Assembly (NCBI GenBank): GCA_020137815.1
Contig: CM035355.1
Span: 7,688,001 to 7,752,000 of the forward strand
Direction of reading: 5' to 3'
Origin: Hormiphora californensis
Lineage: Eukaryota; Animalia; Ctenophora
Length of the DNA: 64,000 nucleotides
Both the position numbers and the translations under genes were made by a program. Positions 1 to 13,896 of the stretch are shown in pieces (the stretch's first letter is position 1; each line of letters starts with the position of its first letter). A model generated the notes under the pieces. It did not search any database. It saw only the letters and a program-made list of their open reading frames with translations, and had not been told where the DNA came from.

Positions 1-2100
1 TTTTTTTTGGAAATGGGGGTTCACGAAATTAAATTTGTAGAGTTTCAGAATGGATAGAACCTTCTCACCACCCCCCCGCCCCCCCCTTTCTTTCCTTTTT
101 TTTTTTAAAAATGTTTTTCTCTGTATCATTCTCCCTCTCTCTCTCCCTTTTTCTCTTTTTTCCGTCGAAAACCCGAAGTTCCTTCAATGAAAATCAAAAA
201 AAAAAATTTTTTAGAACACTCCCAATTTTTTTTTCTCAGTGTCTCTCTTTCTTTTCTCTCTCCTCTTTTTTTGTTCCTCCAAAAAAATTTTGAGCAGGAA
301 AAAAAGGGGGTTTTTGTTAAATTCAGGTTTAAAAACCCTCGATTTCAGTTGGGGCTTCAGGGAGCATCTTGGTTTTACTGTGGCCCTAAAAGTGACTCCC
401 CTTTCTGATCACCCAAAAGACGGGGCACCCACCCAAAACCCAAGGTATAGTGTACCCCCTTTTTCCCTTTTCTATCAGTAGCATTTTTTTATCCATCTAG
501 TTTTCTTACAATACTATCGAAAGTCGAAAAAATACATTTTACGAGCTCACATTTTACCCCACATTGCTTGGTAACCGGTTGACTACACCAAAAAAAATTT
601 CAGATTAAATGCAGATCGATCATACTAAAAGGGCCAGCGGTGAAACGACCTGCCGTTTAGTACAGTCCCCGGGTGATCGGAGAGGCGGCTCAAAAAAAAA
701 AGACAGGGTTTTTTTTAAAAATGAAGAAAAAGAGAATTATGAATTAGAATGAGAGGGAGAAGGGGGAAAAAAAAGAAAAGGGGAAGGGGGAGAGAGAAGA
801 GAAAAAGAAAGGGGGGAAAACCCAGGGGGAAAAAGGGGGGGGGGAAAAAGGGGGAAAGGGGGGGGGGGGGGGGGGGGGTTTGGGGGGGAAAGGGGGGGGG
901 AGGGGGGGGGGTTTCCCAAAAACATTTGTTTTTTTTGGGAAAAACAACCAAAAAAAAAAAAAAAAAGGGGTTCCCTTTAGATTTTTTCTTCAGGAGGGCC
1001 GGGGCAAATGGGGAAGTGGCGGGGGGGTGGGTGAATTTAAAACTTGCGGAGGGGGGGGGATTTTGGGAGGGAGCCTTTTAAGGGAAGAATGGGAGAGAGG
1101 AGGGAAGCTGGAAAAGACAATAAAAAGGGGTGAGGAGGGAGAAAAATAAAACAACTTGGGGAAAGGACCAAAGGTACTTAATATTTGTTTTTCTCTACAC
1201 AAAACAACACCTCCTCAATCTCCCTTTCTAGATCTTCCTTTTTAGCTCTAATAAATTGGGATTTTTCCCCCGGTAGAACCCTTATTTTCTTTTGGGTGGG
1301 GGGTTTTTGGAGGGGAGGGGTTTTTCTTGAAGAAAAATTTGGGGAGACTGAAAAAGGGGAACTGTCGTGACAGCATAAATTTTTTTAAACATGGAAAGTT
1401 GGGGGGGGTTTCCCCCATCTGGCCCCCTTTGGGGGAAGGGGGAAAAATTTTCAAAACAAAAGGCACCAAAACCGTTCAAAGTATATGTCTCCCCCTCATT
1501 TTTTTTTTTTTTTTCTATCTCTCGGGGTAGTGGGTTTTCCCCGGTTTCCCCATGCCCAAAGGGAAACCCACCCCTTTCGCAGTAGAACAACCAAAAAATG
1601 GGATTTTGGAAAAGGGGCCCTGGGTTTTTTTAAAAATCTGTTTTTTCCCTATGGCCAACATACCCCCCCCCATTTCCCCTTCTGGGGGGGGGGGGGTTGC
1701 TTTGAATTGGTAGCATAAAAAAGGGTTTCCGGTTTGAAACTCCCTTCCTTCCCCCCATTCCCCACCTGTTTTTTGGGTCTGGGTTCCCTTTGCAAAAAGA
1801 ATTGTCGTCCAACAATGGGGAAAGGTTTGGGGGTTTTTTTAAGTTAAGAACCCGGCCTTTGGGGGGTGGAGGGGAAATTTGAGAGTAAGGGGGGAAAATA
1901 ACTCCCACAAAAAAACAAAATGTTTGTGTTAGGGTAACCAGTAAAGAAGGGGCCCCAAAAGGGGAAAAGTTGGGGTTTTAATTGTTGCTAAAAAAGATAA
2001 AAAAAAACAAGGGCCCTTTTATTTGGGGCCATGGCCCGAAAATTTTGAAATAAAATAAATAAAAAATTGATTTTTGAGAAAAGGAAAAAAGGGGTTTCCC
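1..2100. other. Error-rich, homopolymer-inflated copy of ~6700-9200 (probable assembly artefact)
   Basis: Colinear anchors: 'cagggagcatcttggtt' at ~358 and ~6951; 'atactaaaagggccagcggtgaa' at ~622 and ~7223; 'aattgtcgtccaa' at ~1800 and ~8602. These are separated by expanded G/C/A/T runs. ORFs here are low-complexity noise. Confidence 0.85.
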
Positions 2101-3338
2101 CCTATACAAGAAGAAATATATGTCAAGAGATATTTATAAGCTCCCTACTTAGTATACTCGTCTCGTACATAATATAAATGCTAGGGACGCTAGAGTTCGG
2201 TAAACTGGCATGGACCCAATACGCATGTATCATGAGAGGGAGAGACAGAACTGTAATTTGAAAGGGAGGAAGGATGGTATCCCCCCCATCTAACTCTTAT
2301 TTCTATAGAATTGAACACAGAAATTAGATTGGACTACACTATATATCTGTATCACGTACAAAACTTTGTGAGTGAAATCACGTACTGTAACACGCAACTG
2401 AATCAAGAAGCAGATATGTATCGGAAGAAAAGGGCCGGCTCTTTTATTTGATCTATAGGAATTGGTATAGTCATTGGTTTTCCACAGAATGCCTTGGGGA
2501 ATGCCTTTTGGGCATGTGATTTAAAGAAAGGCAAGATATTAATCGAATCAGGTACAGGTATGGCAATGACACGTGAAAAACAACACACCCTCATTATAGT
2601 CATTATTATGGTTGGTCGTATATTAGCTAACGAGGGCATTGGGCGCTATAATTATACACAGTTGTCAGTTACAGCGTGAGTGAAGAGTAATCATAGAGTT
2701 AGGATATATCGGGATATGTGTGGCAACAAAAACCAATTAAAAGAGAAAGGAGAAAGAATAACAGAGAGAAATATGGGATACCTCACAAGGGGCCTCACAA
2801 GTTATATAATTTATGGGATACTAAACCCCACAAGTTATATTATTTACGCATCACATCTATCATATTGGGCAGCAGCCAACAAAGGAACACTATAACCCGA
2901 CAACAATTACACCGCATAATATCATGTTACACAATATTATCCGGTTTCTAGGTAATATTTATGTATGTAATGGTCCATTATACCGTATACTAATTACTTA
3001 TATACTCATGTACCATTATTCTGTGTGTCACTGGCAAGATCACCATCACATGACACACATGACACATGTATGTTAATGTCGAAGCAAACAACGGTCGACG
3101 AAACTCAAAAGTGAGCCCACGCATTCTGCTTAGAACAATGAATTTATCACACATGCCTTTGTTTTTATTGCTATCCTTCTATTCTGGCTGAGTAGTAATA
3201 AACGGAATGTAACATTAATTAAGTCACGTAAATTTTCCCACAAAAGAAACTAAAAAGCAAATTGGAATTAGTTCACGAAATTTTATGATAATGTTCAATG
3301 ACATGAACTTCTACCCCAACTAACCGATACCATTTCAG

Positions 3339-4603
3339 TGGACCGATCTGAGGATAGCAATGCTTGGAAATGTGGATGCAGGGAAGAGTACGCTGTGTGG
3401 GGTCCTAACCCACGGGGAGCTGGACAATGGGTCGGGAAAGGCACGGTTGAACCTATTCAGGCATCTTCATGAGATTCAAAGTGGGCATACCTCTTGTATT
3501 AGTAGGGAGATACTGGGGTTCAACAAACACGGGACGGTAAGTTGCATTAGCAAAGCAATGAATTGTAGGAGTGAGTTAGAGAGAATTTAAACTGGGCTAT
3601 TTTGCCCAAATATTCATCCTAACAAACTCACTCTTATATATTGATTTATTTAATTATTTATTTTCAGATGTTTAACTATGAAAACCACAGTATTGAGAGT
3701 ATCCTGGACAATTCTTCAAAGATCATTACCTTTATAGATCTGGCGGGTAGCCAGAAATATCTCAAAACGACCCTATTCGGACTAACTGGACACTGTCCCG
3801 ATTATGCTGCCTTAGTTGTTAACTCAAAGCAGGGATTGGGTAAGTAACAGGAACCGACCGAATCAGGAAATACTGGTCCCTGATTGGCTGATAACCAGTC
3901 ACGTGACCTAAATAACGAGCTCTGATTGGTTGTTTACTTGTGTCGGTCGGTTCCTGGTAAGTAATACAATAACACGTACATGATTTCCCTTTACTTGCTC
4001 TATACCGCCAACCTCTCTCTCTCGCCGCACCCCACGAAAAATGAACATAATATAATAACTAAAAGTGTACAGAGGGATGGAAGGGAGGCCGAGGGATTGT
4101 ATGTTGCCCCTAGCAACAACTATGATCATGTACACTATATATGTGTTGCATACATAATAATTTAGATGGAGATAGAGAGTAATTGAAACTTATGAATAGA
4201 ACATTCTTGTCCGAAATACGGCCGTCTTCCTAACAAATACAGAATATGAAATTTGAGTCGAAAGAATATGTGGGACATGGTTGGCATATATATATTCACT
4301 GACCTAACAGGTTCAACCAGTATGGCAGGCTTAACAACTCTCTCTTCACATTAGCACTTGCTATGTGGATCTTAGTCAGAACTTTATGAAATCACGTACT
4401 AAGAGGGAGAGGGAGAGTATTTAAAGATAGAGAGAGTTCAGACATAAAGAGTATTCAGAGATTGTACAAAATATAATATACAGCAAAATGGAATATAATA
4501 GCAAGGAAAGCTTCACTAATGTAGTAGTAGTTTGACCAAAAATCGACCGTTCTAGATGGCTATCAGAAGAAGTGAGAGATGTAAAGAACACGCATAAAAT
4601 ATA

Positions 4604-4672
<69 letters not shown>

Positions 4673-5841
4673 CTCTCCTCCACTCCTCTCTTCTCTCTCC
4701 TCTCTCCTCTCTCTCTTCTCTCCCTCTCTCCTGTCTCTCTCCCCCTCTCCCTCTCTCCCCACTCTCTTCTCTCTTTCCCCCCCTTTTTTACTGCTTCTAA
4801 CCCTTTCCTCCTCCCACTCCGCCCCCTTTTCCTATCTCTTCTCGTTCTTCCGTCTCTCTTTTCCCTTGTCGGTCAAAGTCCGGGTTCCCCTCCAAGATTC
4901 CCCGCGGCCTCCCCTTTAAGTTTCTATCCTTTTTTCTGATCAATCCACTCTTGGGGCATCGTCCAGACTCACCTCTCTAACTCTCTGTTGAATGGGGGCC
5001 TTCTGGGTTGACAAGCTAATTTTATTCCGGCTCAATCTCCCCCCAAAACAGTGCCTTCTTATACACTACAAAGACCTCGCTCGAGAAAGGGGGCTAAAAA
5101 TAAATTAGGGCCCCCCCGGGGAGGGATCCAAGTATCACTTTCGCCAAAACTTGGTCCCAGGAACAACAACAAACCCCCGGGACTTTAAAGTCATCTCACA
5201 ACTGGTCGAGTGTGGGGAAAACCTCGGTCTCTGGAATCGCCCTTTCGAACCTGTAACTCTCAAATTCAAATTTCCCGACAATTAGGCCGATCAACCCGAT
5301 TCTCTTCCACACCCCCTTTGTCACTGGGCCCTTTCTTGGGTTTTTTATCTCCCCTTTCTTCCCCCCCCTGTTTTAAAATAACCTCCCCCATCCATTTTTC
5401 TTTTTTCCTCTCCTCCCCAAGGAAATTCCACCCCACCCCCTTCCTTTTTTCCTCTTGGGGCCCCCTCCCCTTTTAGTTTCCCAATTGAGCCACCTTGGCG
5501 CCTTTTCCCGGCTCGATCTTCCCCTGACATTGGGGGGTTTTTCGCGTTTTTTTCCCAAATCCCTTTAAATTTTTTGGGCCTTTTTCCCTCCCCCCCTTTT
5601 TTTCATTCCACCCCCCAAAAACCCCCCCCCCTTTTTTTTTTTTCCCCCCCCCCTTTTTCGCTTTCTTTTTAAAAAATGCCTCTTTCTTTTGGGGCCCCCC
5701 CCCAACCCCCCCTAAAGGGGGGTCTGTTTTGCCCCCCCCCCCCCCCCGGGGGGGGGCCCCCCTCCCCCCCCCTCGTCCCTTTCATCCGGGGCCCCCCGGG
5801 GGGCCCCCCCCCTTTTGTCCAAGGGGGGGCCCCCCCCCCCC

Positions 5842-5873
<32 letters not shown>

Positions 5874-8800
5874 TTCCCACCTTTTCCCTTTTCTTTCCTC
5901 CACTACCCGTTTTTTTTTCCCCCCCCCCCCCCACCCTAAAACCCCCCCCCTTCCATTCCCCCCTCTTTTTTTCCTTCCCCTTTTCCCCCCTTCCCCCTTT
6001 CCCCCCAATCCCGGGCCCCCCCCCCTTTTCCCCCCCGTCTCCTCTCTTCCCCCAAAAACCCCCCCTTTTTTCCCCTTGACCCAAAGGAAACTTTTTTAAC
6101 GGGAAAAATTTTCCCCCCCCCCCCTTTTTTTTCTAAAAGGGCCCCCCCCCTCCTCTTTTTTCTCTCTTCTCCTCCAATTTTTGCCCCCTTGTTTTTTTAA
6201 GGGTTGTTTTCCCGGGGTTTTCTCTTCCCCCCCCCCCTTTTCCCCCTTTTCCTGAAAAAATTTTTTTCCCAGGTTTTTCCCCCCCCCCCCCTTTGTTAAA
6301 GGGGGGGGGTTTTTTGGGGGGAAAAAAAATTTTTTGAAAAATTTTTTCCCCCCAAAAGTAAAAATTCGGGAGGGGGCCCCCAAAAAAAAGGGAAACGGGT
6401 TTTTTTTAAAAATTTTTTGGCCCAAAAAAAAATTTTTTTTTTCCCGAAATAAAAAAATTCCGAAAAACCGGGGGGAAAAAAAACCCCTCCCCAAAAGAAA
6501 AATGGGCTGAGGGGAAACCCAAAAAAAACCCAAAAGGGTTGGGGAGGGGGGGTTAAAAAAAAAAGTAAAAAAAGTTTGGGGGGGGTGAAAACCCCAAAAA
6601 AAAAGGGGAAAAAAAGGGGGGTTTAAAAAAAAATTGGAAAAAAAGGGGGGGAGGGGGAAAGCCCAAAAGGGTAGGGGGGGGGAAAAAAAAAAAAGGGGGT
6701 GGGCTTCTACTCTCCTCTCTTTCTCTATCTATTTCCCTCCGTCTCTTTTCTGTCGAATCTGAAGCTCGACTTCAATGAAATCTAATAAAGATTTCTAGAA
6801 CACTCCACACTTTTGTTCTCAGTAGTCTCTCTTTCTTTTCTCTCTCCTCTGTATCTGTATCACGTACAAAAAAACTTCTGAGCAGAGAAAGGAGGGGGAC
6901 TGAAAAAGTAAATCCAGGATGTTACACCCTCGTGTTTCAGTTGGGACATTCAGGGAGCATCTTGGTTTGACTGTGGCCCTAAAAGTGATATCCTTTGTGT
7001 GTATCACCAAGACTGACGAAACATCCAGCACCCAAATCCGAAGGTATAGTGCACCCTTCTGCTTATGACTTATCTATCAGATAGCACTTTATCGGATCAC
7101 AGTGAAAGCTTGAAAATACTACTCGAAACAACACATTTGAACGAGCTCACAGTTGACATTGCTATGGTAACCGGCTGACTACACTCAAAATTAATCTCAG
7201 ATGTAAGATGCAGATCGAGTCGATACTAAAAGGGCCAGCGGTGAAGCGACCTGCACTGTTAGTACAGTCCCCGGCTGATGCGGAGAGAGCGGCTCAAAAA
7301 ATCAAGACGAGGTATGTTGTAAAGTGAGAGAAAGAGAGAATTAGGATTAGAGTGAGAGAGTTATAGTCAACCCCCATTGATTAGAATGAGAGAGATAGTA
7401 AGATAGATCTAATACTACAAATTAAAAACAACAGAAGTTAGTTTTGTGACGAAATTCAAATACAAAAACAACATCACATGACAATTCACCCTACACGGAT
7501 CTCCTTCTACGACTTCGTTTCGGCTGTCTATTGGAGGGTCTCTGACTAAACGTGGGTAGTGTCGGTGGCGGGTCGGTAGTAATATGACTAACATCCTGAC
7601 TGGTAGTTGGAGGGTCGTCTGCTGTCCAGGGCGAGTCTCTCTCTGAAGGAGAGAATTGGAGAGTTAGTGAGGGTGCCACAACTACTGTACTGTTTTGATA
7701 TCTATCAGCCACTACTACATTTTGTTGAAAGTTTGTTTTGTCCCTTCTCTGATCTGGCGAGTCTCCATGATCTGTGAGGTCTGATACAACAACAACAACA
7801 AACTCTCTCAAATACACCACATACGGCCATTATTACAGACAAATCTTAACAAGATACGACTTGAATTGAAAAGGCATCACACCCCGGTACAAATATTTGT
7901 AACACGGTTCCCCTACGCGTGCTCCGACTTAGTTACTCAACAACTCCGACTGGGGGTTACTACGTTATCAATTGAACCAATAGGTACGAGCTCTAATAAA
8001 TCACCTGGATTTTCCCCCGCTGTAGTACACCGGTTCATGTGAATCCTTGAGAAGATGGGGGAGTTTAGGAGGGGATGGTTCTCTGGGTTATCCGCTGTAC
8101 ATTGACACCACTCTTGATATGGCAGTATCTGAAGCAGAGTTAGTTGTATATGTTAGTGACATGCAATAGATCATTTTAACTCCCACATGGACACAAATTG
8201 GGGTTTCAAAACCCGATCTGTGCCCCCGTGGAGTAGGGTACAAGAGGGATTTTCAATCTGGATTAGGGCTTACGCTAAACCGATTCACGTAGTATGTCTC
8301 CCTTTCTCACCGTTGGCATATTCTCTATTGTCTCAGGGAGCGGTTGTCCCTTGGTTTCCCGTAGTGCAAAAGAAGCCACCGTCGTCAGTAGAACTACCAA
8401 GATCGTAATGATTAGGAATCCAAGGACAAATGGGGTGTTTTTAAATATCTGCTCCAGTATAGCCAACATACCTCCTGCCGCCATAACTGGAGGGATGATT
8501 ATTGTTTAGTTGGTAAACATCAGTGATTTGGAAACGTTCTACTTGTTCCCACAAACAACAAACTGTTTTGTGAAATCTGGCAATTAACCCCTAGCTAAAA
8601 TAATTGTCGTCCAATCTGGGAAAGGTGTGTGCCGTACTTGAAGTTAAGAATCCAACGGCTTTGGCCCTGATTGGTGTAGCGAACACCTCCAGGGAGTAGA
8701 GTGAGGAGAAATAGAGGAGTCCAGCAGCGAGGATTAGTGTTGAGATGTTCTGGGTTAGGGTCAACCAGTGAACAGACCAGGGGACTAAAAGGAGGAGATG

Positions 8801-11800
8801 GGATATTAGAGGAAAACTAAAATGAACATGAAAAAAAGAGCATCGTTCGATAAAAGTGGTCTGATAATAATATTTATCCGTACAATTCCCCGTACTTGCG
8901 GTAAGAATGGCAACAGTTAGTAGCAGGAGGTTGATACTGCTAACGGTGGGTCGTCTCCCCCAACCATAGCAAGATACAGCTGCTACAGATACACCCACCA
9001 GGAGACATGTTCCAATTATTGCCAGGTTTATCGGCATACTGTTTGGATAGAGAGTTAGATGGGAGATCATACATTTAAAGACAAAACAATGATGCTGCGA
9101 TTTAATTGGGCCGATTGCACGATTATTGGTTTTTGGTTTTCTCGCATACGCTGGGCATACGCTCCAAGAAGAAAATTTAATATCTTGAATTACCTGAAGA
9201 AGTAGATGGTGAGTGTGTCCAGAATGACAATACTGTACTCTACCACCAGGAAGAAACTCACTATTGTGATCAACAACAGAATTGAAATCAGGTTTCCTGC
9301 AGGAAAAATGGGATGAATAAAAGGAATCATAATCGCTAAAATAATCACATTTCAGAACTGTTCCAAATGCTCGTATCGGGCTGTATCTCAATTCTCTGAC
9401 TCATTATATGTATCTCAATAAGATGATACTCACGTGTCTCAGGCATCTTGAAAAGCTCAATAAGATGATATTCATCATCTTGAGGTTTGGGTATTTCCTC
9501 GTATGAAGGGAGATCCACGTTGTTCCTGTAAGATATCTTACCCAGCATGTACTTAGCTTCTTTCTCCTGGGGCGGGATAATGGTGAACTTCACTATGAAG
9601 TCACTTCACTGTGAAGTCGCTTGAGCGATATCCGACATCCGTCTAATTAATTTGAGGCAGTCAGTGGTTATAGCCATGCAAAGTACACGACATTATATAT
9701 CTAGTTTCGGTTTGCCCGTTTCCCGTTTGACCAATTATGACCCACCTTCTGTTTGACCAGCAACCACCGTAGTGATTCCTCGATACCAAAGAGATAGGTA
9801 AACCAGAGAAGAGCAATAATTAGGACCAGTACCGCCAGTCTGTCACTGTAGTGCTTGAAACAATATGACAGGGCGGACAGGAGGTAAAAACCTAGACAGA
9901 GGGTGTAGTTAAGTGGTTAACAAAGTGGTTAACAAAGTGATTTAGAAGAGAGCGGTTAACATGAAAATTATAAACTAAGTGATTGAGAGATGAGGCTGAC
10001 ATGCCCCACACCAGTGTAAGGTGTTCAACTACTTCTTTTTCAACAAGTACCTACCTGTAGCAAAACAGAGCCAGATCGTAGCAGTAAAGGCATGCCGGTA
10101 TTTTATCTTTAACCCTTCAATTATCAGGAGTTTTATGATAACAAAATACCCGAGTGAGAGGCCAGTGAGAAACCTACGGAATAAACGTCAAAACATTCGG
10201 CCATGAGCTGAATCTTTCTTTGGAACAAAAAGAAAACTCAGAATATCAACAATAGATAGCAGCTCCGCCCTCCTAAAATACCTGAACAGCAGCCACAGAT
10301 AATAATTGTTCACAAAGATAAGGACTGCAAGAGATGCTCCTTCACAAAACAGGAATATCATCAGGGAGGGTTTCCTGCCTATTAGGTCTGCCAGGTACCC
10401 AGCTATGAAGGAGCCCAGTAACATGCCCAAGAAACTCAACATCATGGGCATCTCCAACCACCAACTGGGGAGGAGGAGGGTCTACTGCAGACTGAATATA
10501 AAATTGATTGGGAAGATTTGGAAGGTGCTACATATTACTGAAATCAATGAACAGCACAAAATCAGGAAAGAAAAGCAGCTCCCACTGTGCTAAGGTGGTA
10601 GTAACCTGCTGCAACTTACTATGGTTTACATTCTATTTGAAACTTAACAAGTATCGACCCAGCCATATCCACATACTCCCAAACTATATCAGGGTTATCG
10701 TGGCAGACAATTTCAGTGGACAGCCCTCTATACACCTCACATTCATCAGTTTCTGGGTTCACCACACAAATCTAGGAGGAAAGTGTCACTAGTGTAGTTC
10801 TCTTGTTTCCGATATCCTAAGTTTACATCGCTTGGCGCATGCACCCGACCCGGACCCCTCCCTTTCGTATATATACCGCCAGCAACCCCTGCCAATGTAC
10901 CCAGCACCCAGTGCCCACCCTCCAATGCAACTCCCACTCCCCGCCCAACTATGTGCTCGTTACCACTCTCCCTACCGTTGGCATGGTACCCAGTACCCAC
11001 CCAACCACCTCCCTACCGTTGGCATGGTAGCAGTGATGAATTCTAGGAATACAATGGCTGAGGTAGGGACAGCTGCCAGGGACAACTGTGCCAGGATGAA
11101 CGCCTCATTCGTCCCAAATGTGGTTCCAGACCTTCTCAACACATCTTCCATTATCAAACTGGACACAAACGAAAATTGTTAAATTTCTGTTACAAGGATC
11201 CAATTTTGTAACTGGGCAGATTCCAGGACTGATGGCAATTTCCAGTTTGTATCTAGGCTGGGCGTGGGATTGACTCAACAAGTTTCAAGGGTGTATTTCA
11301 AGTGCATGTCGTCTCTGGTCAGTACAAAACTAAATATCCAACAACTCTCACAAAACACACTGTACACTCCCACCGTGCTTACACAATCCTTGCACAGGGA
11401 GGTACTACTCTCTCTCTCGAGCTAAAACCAGGCCTAACCAACATAATATTGGTATTGAGTAGAGCTGTTGTAAACAAAATGTGAAAGCCGCTCATTCGAC
11501 ACACAGTTCGACACATGAAGAGATCAGACTCTGATCTGAACAATACGAGTGTATAGTAAGAGCATGTGAGAGATTCACCCACGCAGCACTCCCTATAGTC
11601 ATGTGACTGATAACATGATATTGTACTCACTGAAGGCCCCAAATGGTCCAAAAACATGCCCTGATGTATCCCAAAATCCCTATTTCTCTGTTTCTAATCA
11701 CCCTTCTCACTCAGGACGCCTGTATTCCAAGTGTCTGCTGTGACAGGAGACAATCTACCCCTTCTCCAACACTTCCTGTCCCATCTACAACCTGCTCTGA

Positions 11801-13323
11801 GCAAGGAGGAACGAACTGCCGCCACCAAAGGTAAGGATACTAGCGGGGGACACCGTACCCAACTAGAGAATTCCATACTAGAGAATTCCATGTACAGTTT
11901 CTACGTCTCTCAAACGTTCTCTTAAATTGGTTTGACTAACTGCCTTCCAATCGTAATTAAACGATGCGATTTAATTTAATTGTAAATCTAATGATTTAAA
12001 TGTAATGATGGGGTCTCTGACTTAACATTTCATTTCAGCGGAGCCCAAGTTTTCAGTGGACGGTGTGCTGAGTGTTACTGGTAATGGACCCATTGTAACG
12101 GGACTTGTAACAAGGTTAGACACCCGTCACTGTCAACTGCCCAAACTCCGTTTCTCCATACTAAAGCACTTTAGACCTCGTGCCCAACTGTAACCTTGTT
12201 ATGTTCTAACCCCCCTCCGGGGCGTCGTGAAACAGGGTCGAGCAAGGCAATTGTATCCCATACCTCCATAACTAATTGTAATACCTTCCAGAGGTACGAT
12301 ACGAGAGGAGAGCGAACTGCTAATGGGACCATTCGAGGACAAAACCTATCGCTCTGTGAGAGTGTCCAGTATCCACTGTAACCGCTTACCAAGGAGACTG
12401 GCGAAATGTGGACAAAGTGTCAGCCTTGCCTTCCATAACCTTGGTAGGTCATTTGTAGGCGCTCTCACACCCCACCCTCAAAATAGCTGTACAACTACCC
12501 CAAACCCACTCAAATTACCGAAGCTCCCCCCGAAACTCCGTCAGAACAACATCCCAGCTCCTCCGCAACATAAACCCGGAACCCCTCCCCCATCTCCTCC
12601 GATTTAATCTTCCCTCCTTTACAGGGTGCAGTATGCCCAGAAAGGGAATGGTATTGATGAGCCCAGAGTATGAGAGTTATTGTGTCCATGAATTTACAGC
12701 TGAGATATACATCCTTCAACATCCCAATAACTCCAAAATAAAGGTTTGTTTTACTGAAATGGTTTCATGTCTTGAGTCTGGGTTTAGTTTGAAATATGCT
12801 AACACATGATCTGTTTTGGAGACTTGTACAGTGATCAAAACTACCCGCTTAACCACATTCAGTTTCACAGAATTACACACACTCACACTTTTTGTACGTG
12901 AAACATTTTCGATCCCTCTCACAGTCACCACTTTCCTCAGATTGGTTTTGAGGCGACAGTGTTTATAGAGAACATCAGACAGAAAGTGTTAATAACTCAC
13001 ATGGATAAGGAGATAACTACCGGTCAGAAGGCCAAGGTAAGAAATAGAGTGGATATTTGAGGACACTGAAAAATAGTATGAAACCCAATTATTATCAGTT
13101 TTAACCCTTTGAGGCCCATTATATTGGGTGAACGAAATTTTCTAATTCTTATAGCCAACATGTGTTTCAGGTGCGACTGAAATTCCTCCAGTATCCCGAC
13201 TTGGTGGGTGAGGGATCCAAGCTATTCCTCCGTAACGGCCGAACTAAAGCCATGGGGACAGTGAGTGAGGTTACCAAGATACCAACACAAATAATTGTTA
13301 CTGAAGATGACATCATAAACTGA
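3339..13323 (+). CDS. GTPBP2: GTP-binding protein 2 (translational GTPase); 5' exons unresolved. Exons 3339-3536, 3668-3839, degraded exon(s) ~4310-4550, 7201-7311, 11715-11830, ~12039-12113, ~12292-12443, ~12624-12743, ~12941-13036, 13171-13323
   Basis: P-loop GNVDAGKST; '[15 protein letters not shown]' (GTPBP2-type rather than GTPBP1 'FRHKHEIESG'); 'TFIDLAG'; '[11 protein letters not shown]'; C-terminal '[12 protein letters not shown]'; GT-AG junctions with compatible phases. Confidence 0.9.
3848..3956. mobile_element. 109-bp MITE with CAGGAACCGACCGA TIRs and 8-bp TSD GTAAGTAA (hAT-like)
   Basis: TIRs caggaaccgaccga / tcggtcggttcctg; GTAAGTAA at 3840-3847 and 3957-3964; related copies at 53119 and 61584. 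Confidence 0.85.
4600..6700. repeat. (CT)n microsatellite followed by homopolymer-rich low-quality sequence
   Basis: (CT)n at ~4609-4760, then long C/T/G/A runs typical of uncorrected reads. Confidence 0.75.
8275..11151 (-). CDS. SLC22/organic cation transporter-like MFS transporter, multi-exon, nested antisense in the GTPBP2 intron 7312-11714
   Basis: MFS motif A '[10 protein letters not shown]'; 'EESLRWL' (PESPRWL-like); 'WGRR'; 'EVFATPIRA'; '[10 protein letters not shown]'; many hydrophobic segments; ATG at 11151 preceded by ccag|tttgata. Confidence 0.85.
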
Positions 13324-13896
13324 GATGACGTCATAAACGGATGACGTCATATATGGTGTTGCTAAGGGATACCCGTGGTAACGATGGAACATTTTATCAG
13401 AGATATTATCACACCCCCGAGAGAGAGAAGCAAAGAAAGATACCCTTTTATTTTCTGTACCTATCATCCTTGTGCACAGAGAGGGAGATTTAGATATTGA
13501 TATTGATTCAGAGTTCTGAGATCAATATCATGAAGTGATGGTTTTCTTTTCCATGATTCCATACCGACTTGTTATGTGATGGATAATTCACCCTGATTTT
13601 AAAATACTAATCCCTACTGAGAATAATCGAGATTCTCGATTCGAGAAAGAGAGAAATGCAGCAGGAGGCCAATTTAATTTATACTCGCCGTTAAATTATT
13701 CTTGGATGCATTTCGTTGTAAATATAGATTCTCTGTGCATTTCCCACCACATATTCTCTCTTTTTCTTTGTTCAATGGGTAATAATTAGGACCCAGTTCT
13801 TTGAGTATGCCGGATAATAATGGAGATGCAGACTCGATGTGCCGGGCCCAGAACCAGCCACATTGTGTCATTCATCCTTCCTGCAGCTGCAGGACA

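Noticed and set aside
111-1908. Pro/Phe/Gly/Lys-rich ORFs (also 5200-6550 and 52045-52760)
   Set aside because: Translations of homopolymer or microsatellite noise.
9645-9656. AATTAATTTGAG matching the SL 3' end
   Set aside because: Only 12 AT-rich bases with no upstream similarity; compatible with chance.
13305-13352. Tandem TGACGTCA (cAMP-response-like) palindromes at the GTPBP2 stop
   Set aside because: Explained by a short local tandem duplication at a gene 3' end; no promoter context.
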